From Lama guanicoe (Eukaryota), in assembly GCA_013239625.1 (NCBI GenBank), contig MU057349.1, forward strand, positions 7,838,904-7,902,903: DNA of 64,000 nucleotides. The letters are read 5' to 3'. The translations under genes and the position numbers were made by a program. The notes below the pieces were generated by a model. That model was not told the DNA's origin and searched no databases. It was given only the letters and a program-made list of their open reading frames with translations. The number at the start of each line of letters is the position of its first letter. Positions within the stretch are counted from its first letter, which is position 1. Of the stretch, positions 62,640-64,000 are shown piece by piece.

Positions 62640-63597
62640 TTTAATTCAATACACAGTTCCTGGCTCACAGGTTCCGTGGGTCAGGAATATGGGAGTTGTT
62701 TATCTGGCTCCTCTGGCTGATGGGCTCTCACTAGGCTTTGACCAAGTATTGGCCAAGGTTACAGTCTCATCTGCAGGCTCAGCTGAAGGAGGACCTGCTT
62801 CCAAGCTACCGCTGTGGTTGTTGGCTGGATTCAGTTCATCACAGGTTGGGGGACTGTGGGCTACATTTCTTCACTGGCTGTGGCCAGAGACTCCCTTAGT
62901 TATTTGCCACATGAACCTCTCCATAGAGAAGCTCCCATAATGGCAGCTGGCTTCCTTCAGATCAAGAAAATGAGAGAGCAAGAAACGGTGAGCAGGACAG
63001 AAGCAGAGTTACTTCATAATGTCATCTCAGAAGTGACATCCCATCTCTTTTTAGTATATTCTCTTTGCTGGAAGAAAGTCACTAGATTCAGCCAACACTG
63101 AAGGGGAGGGATTATAATAGGGCCTGAACACCGTAAGCAGGGATCATTGGAAGCCATCTTTGGTTTTTTTTTTTTTCCAACAAAAGGTCTCATGTATTTA
63201 TTAGCACTAGTGCAGAAACACTGATGCCAAGAGAAAAATCATTTCCCCAATTAAACACATCCAGACTTTCAGATAGTAGAGATGTTTTCTTAGTGATATA
63301 GTAAGATGCAGATGACCTCGACACAGGATAAGTATGTGTGCCACCTCATGTGCGTGACTCCTTATAGACGCAGCTTAGTTTTTCTTAATGTCTTCTTTTG
63401 GAGTTGTACCTGATTTTATTACTAGTTTTCATGTGAATCCATTGGGGAATGGGGTGATTCCACTTTTGTTTCTTGGCCAGGAATCGCTTGGTCCTGAAAG
63501 TCTTGTGAGAAGACGTGACAAGCAAGTTCAACTGCACATAGGATGGCAGAGAAGAGAAGAGAAGAGAGGGAAGCCATCTTTGAAGCTGACCACCACA
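62640..63597 (-). mobile_element. MLT1 LTR interrupted by the RPL39 retrocopy
   Basis: GTGGGTCAGGAAT...GAAGTGACATCCCATC...AAGGGGAGGGATTA...GGATCATTGGAAGCCATCTTT, resuming after the insert as GAAGCTGACCACCACA. Confidence 0.75.
63163..63568 (-). pseudogene. RPL39: RPL39 processed pseudogene (full-length retrocopy)
   Basis: Minus strand reads (T)[42 protein letters not shown], matching RPL39. Start ATG>ACG (63516-63514). A 1-nt deletion at the Trp codon gives premature TAA (63387-63385); original TAA at 63364-63362. Intronless, AATAAA 63202-63197, A13 tail 63176-63164, TSD GGAAGCCATCTTT(G) at 63149-63162 and 63569-63582. Confidence 0.96.
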
Positions 63598-64000
63598 CCC
63601 TCTCAAACAGGCAAAAGGCCTTCTAAACACTTTAAGCATATGCTATACATGCCCTCTCTTTAAAAAAAAATAGAATTTCTAAGAATCTTTTTTTCCCACA
63701 GCATCTTCACAGAAAAGATGCATAAGTATAACATTTGTCTAATGGAGTGGATCATGAATTCATACATAGGAAACTCACAAAGTTTTTAAAGGAAATGTAT
63801 CAGCTTGGAATAAAGAGAGACAAACAAACTGGAAAAAGGCATCTCTACCACTAAACGTTTACAGGCAGGAAACAGGCTAAGAAGTCAACTCAGTTGGAAA
63901 TATCAGACATATCTTACAGAAAAAAAAAGGATAACTCAGAGGCAGAACCAAGATTCTACCTGGTGGAGCCAAATGCTATGGAGAACAATTCACAGGGAGT

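Noticed and set aside
63385-63639. 84-aa ORF as an N-terminally extended functional RPL39
   Set aside because: The extension crosses the TSD into flanking LTR/genomic DNA, the native start is mutated, and the conserved C-terminal WRRTKLGL is lost by frameshift.
41000-64000. Exons of the expected downstream neighbour PRKG2
   Set aside because: No kinase-like ORF or recognisable exon on the minus strand; the gene probably lies beyond the window.

Overview
Mammalian genomic DNA containing one complete protein-coding gene, BMP3, on the + strand. The species is most likely a camelid (alpaca/camel): two tRNA-derived SINEs resemble camelid Vic-1, and I recognised no ruminant BovB/Bov-tA or pig PRE-1 elements. 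BMP3 has a CpG-island promoter (~12.4-13.8 kb), three coding exons (13001-13325, 28688-29598, 36899-37090; 1428 nt = 475 aa + stop) and a probable ~3.8 kb 3' UTR ending near AATAAA 40860. The rest is intron and intergenic DNA rich in transposon relics: L1 3' fragments with target-site duplications (TSDs), L2, MIR, MLT1/MER21 LTRs and MER5/MER33/MER3/MER94/Tigger DNA elements. A full-length RPL39 processed pseudogene lies at 63163-63568 (-). Four N gaps all fall inside repeats. I see no evidence for a wholly new biological system. The best leads are (i) an intact-looking solo LTR with a periodic array of 8 CCAAT boxes, 2 octamers and a TATA box pointing back at the BMP3 3' end, (ii) an old antisense L1 whose TSD appears to have copied the branch-point region of the exon 2 acceptor, creating a decoy 3' splice site, and (iii) a weak exon 2 donor whose read-through would truncate the cystine knot. 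Repeat family names come from recalled consensus sequences, not a database search.
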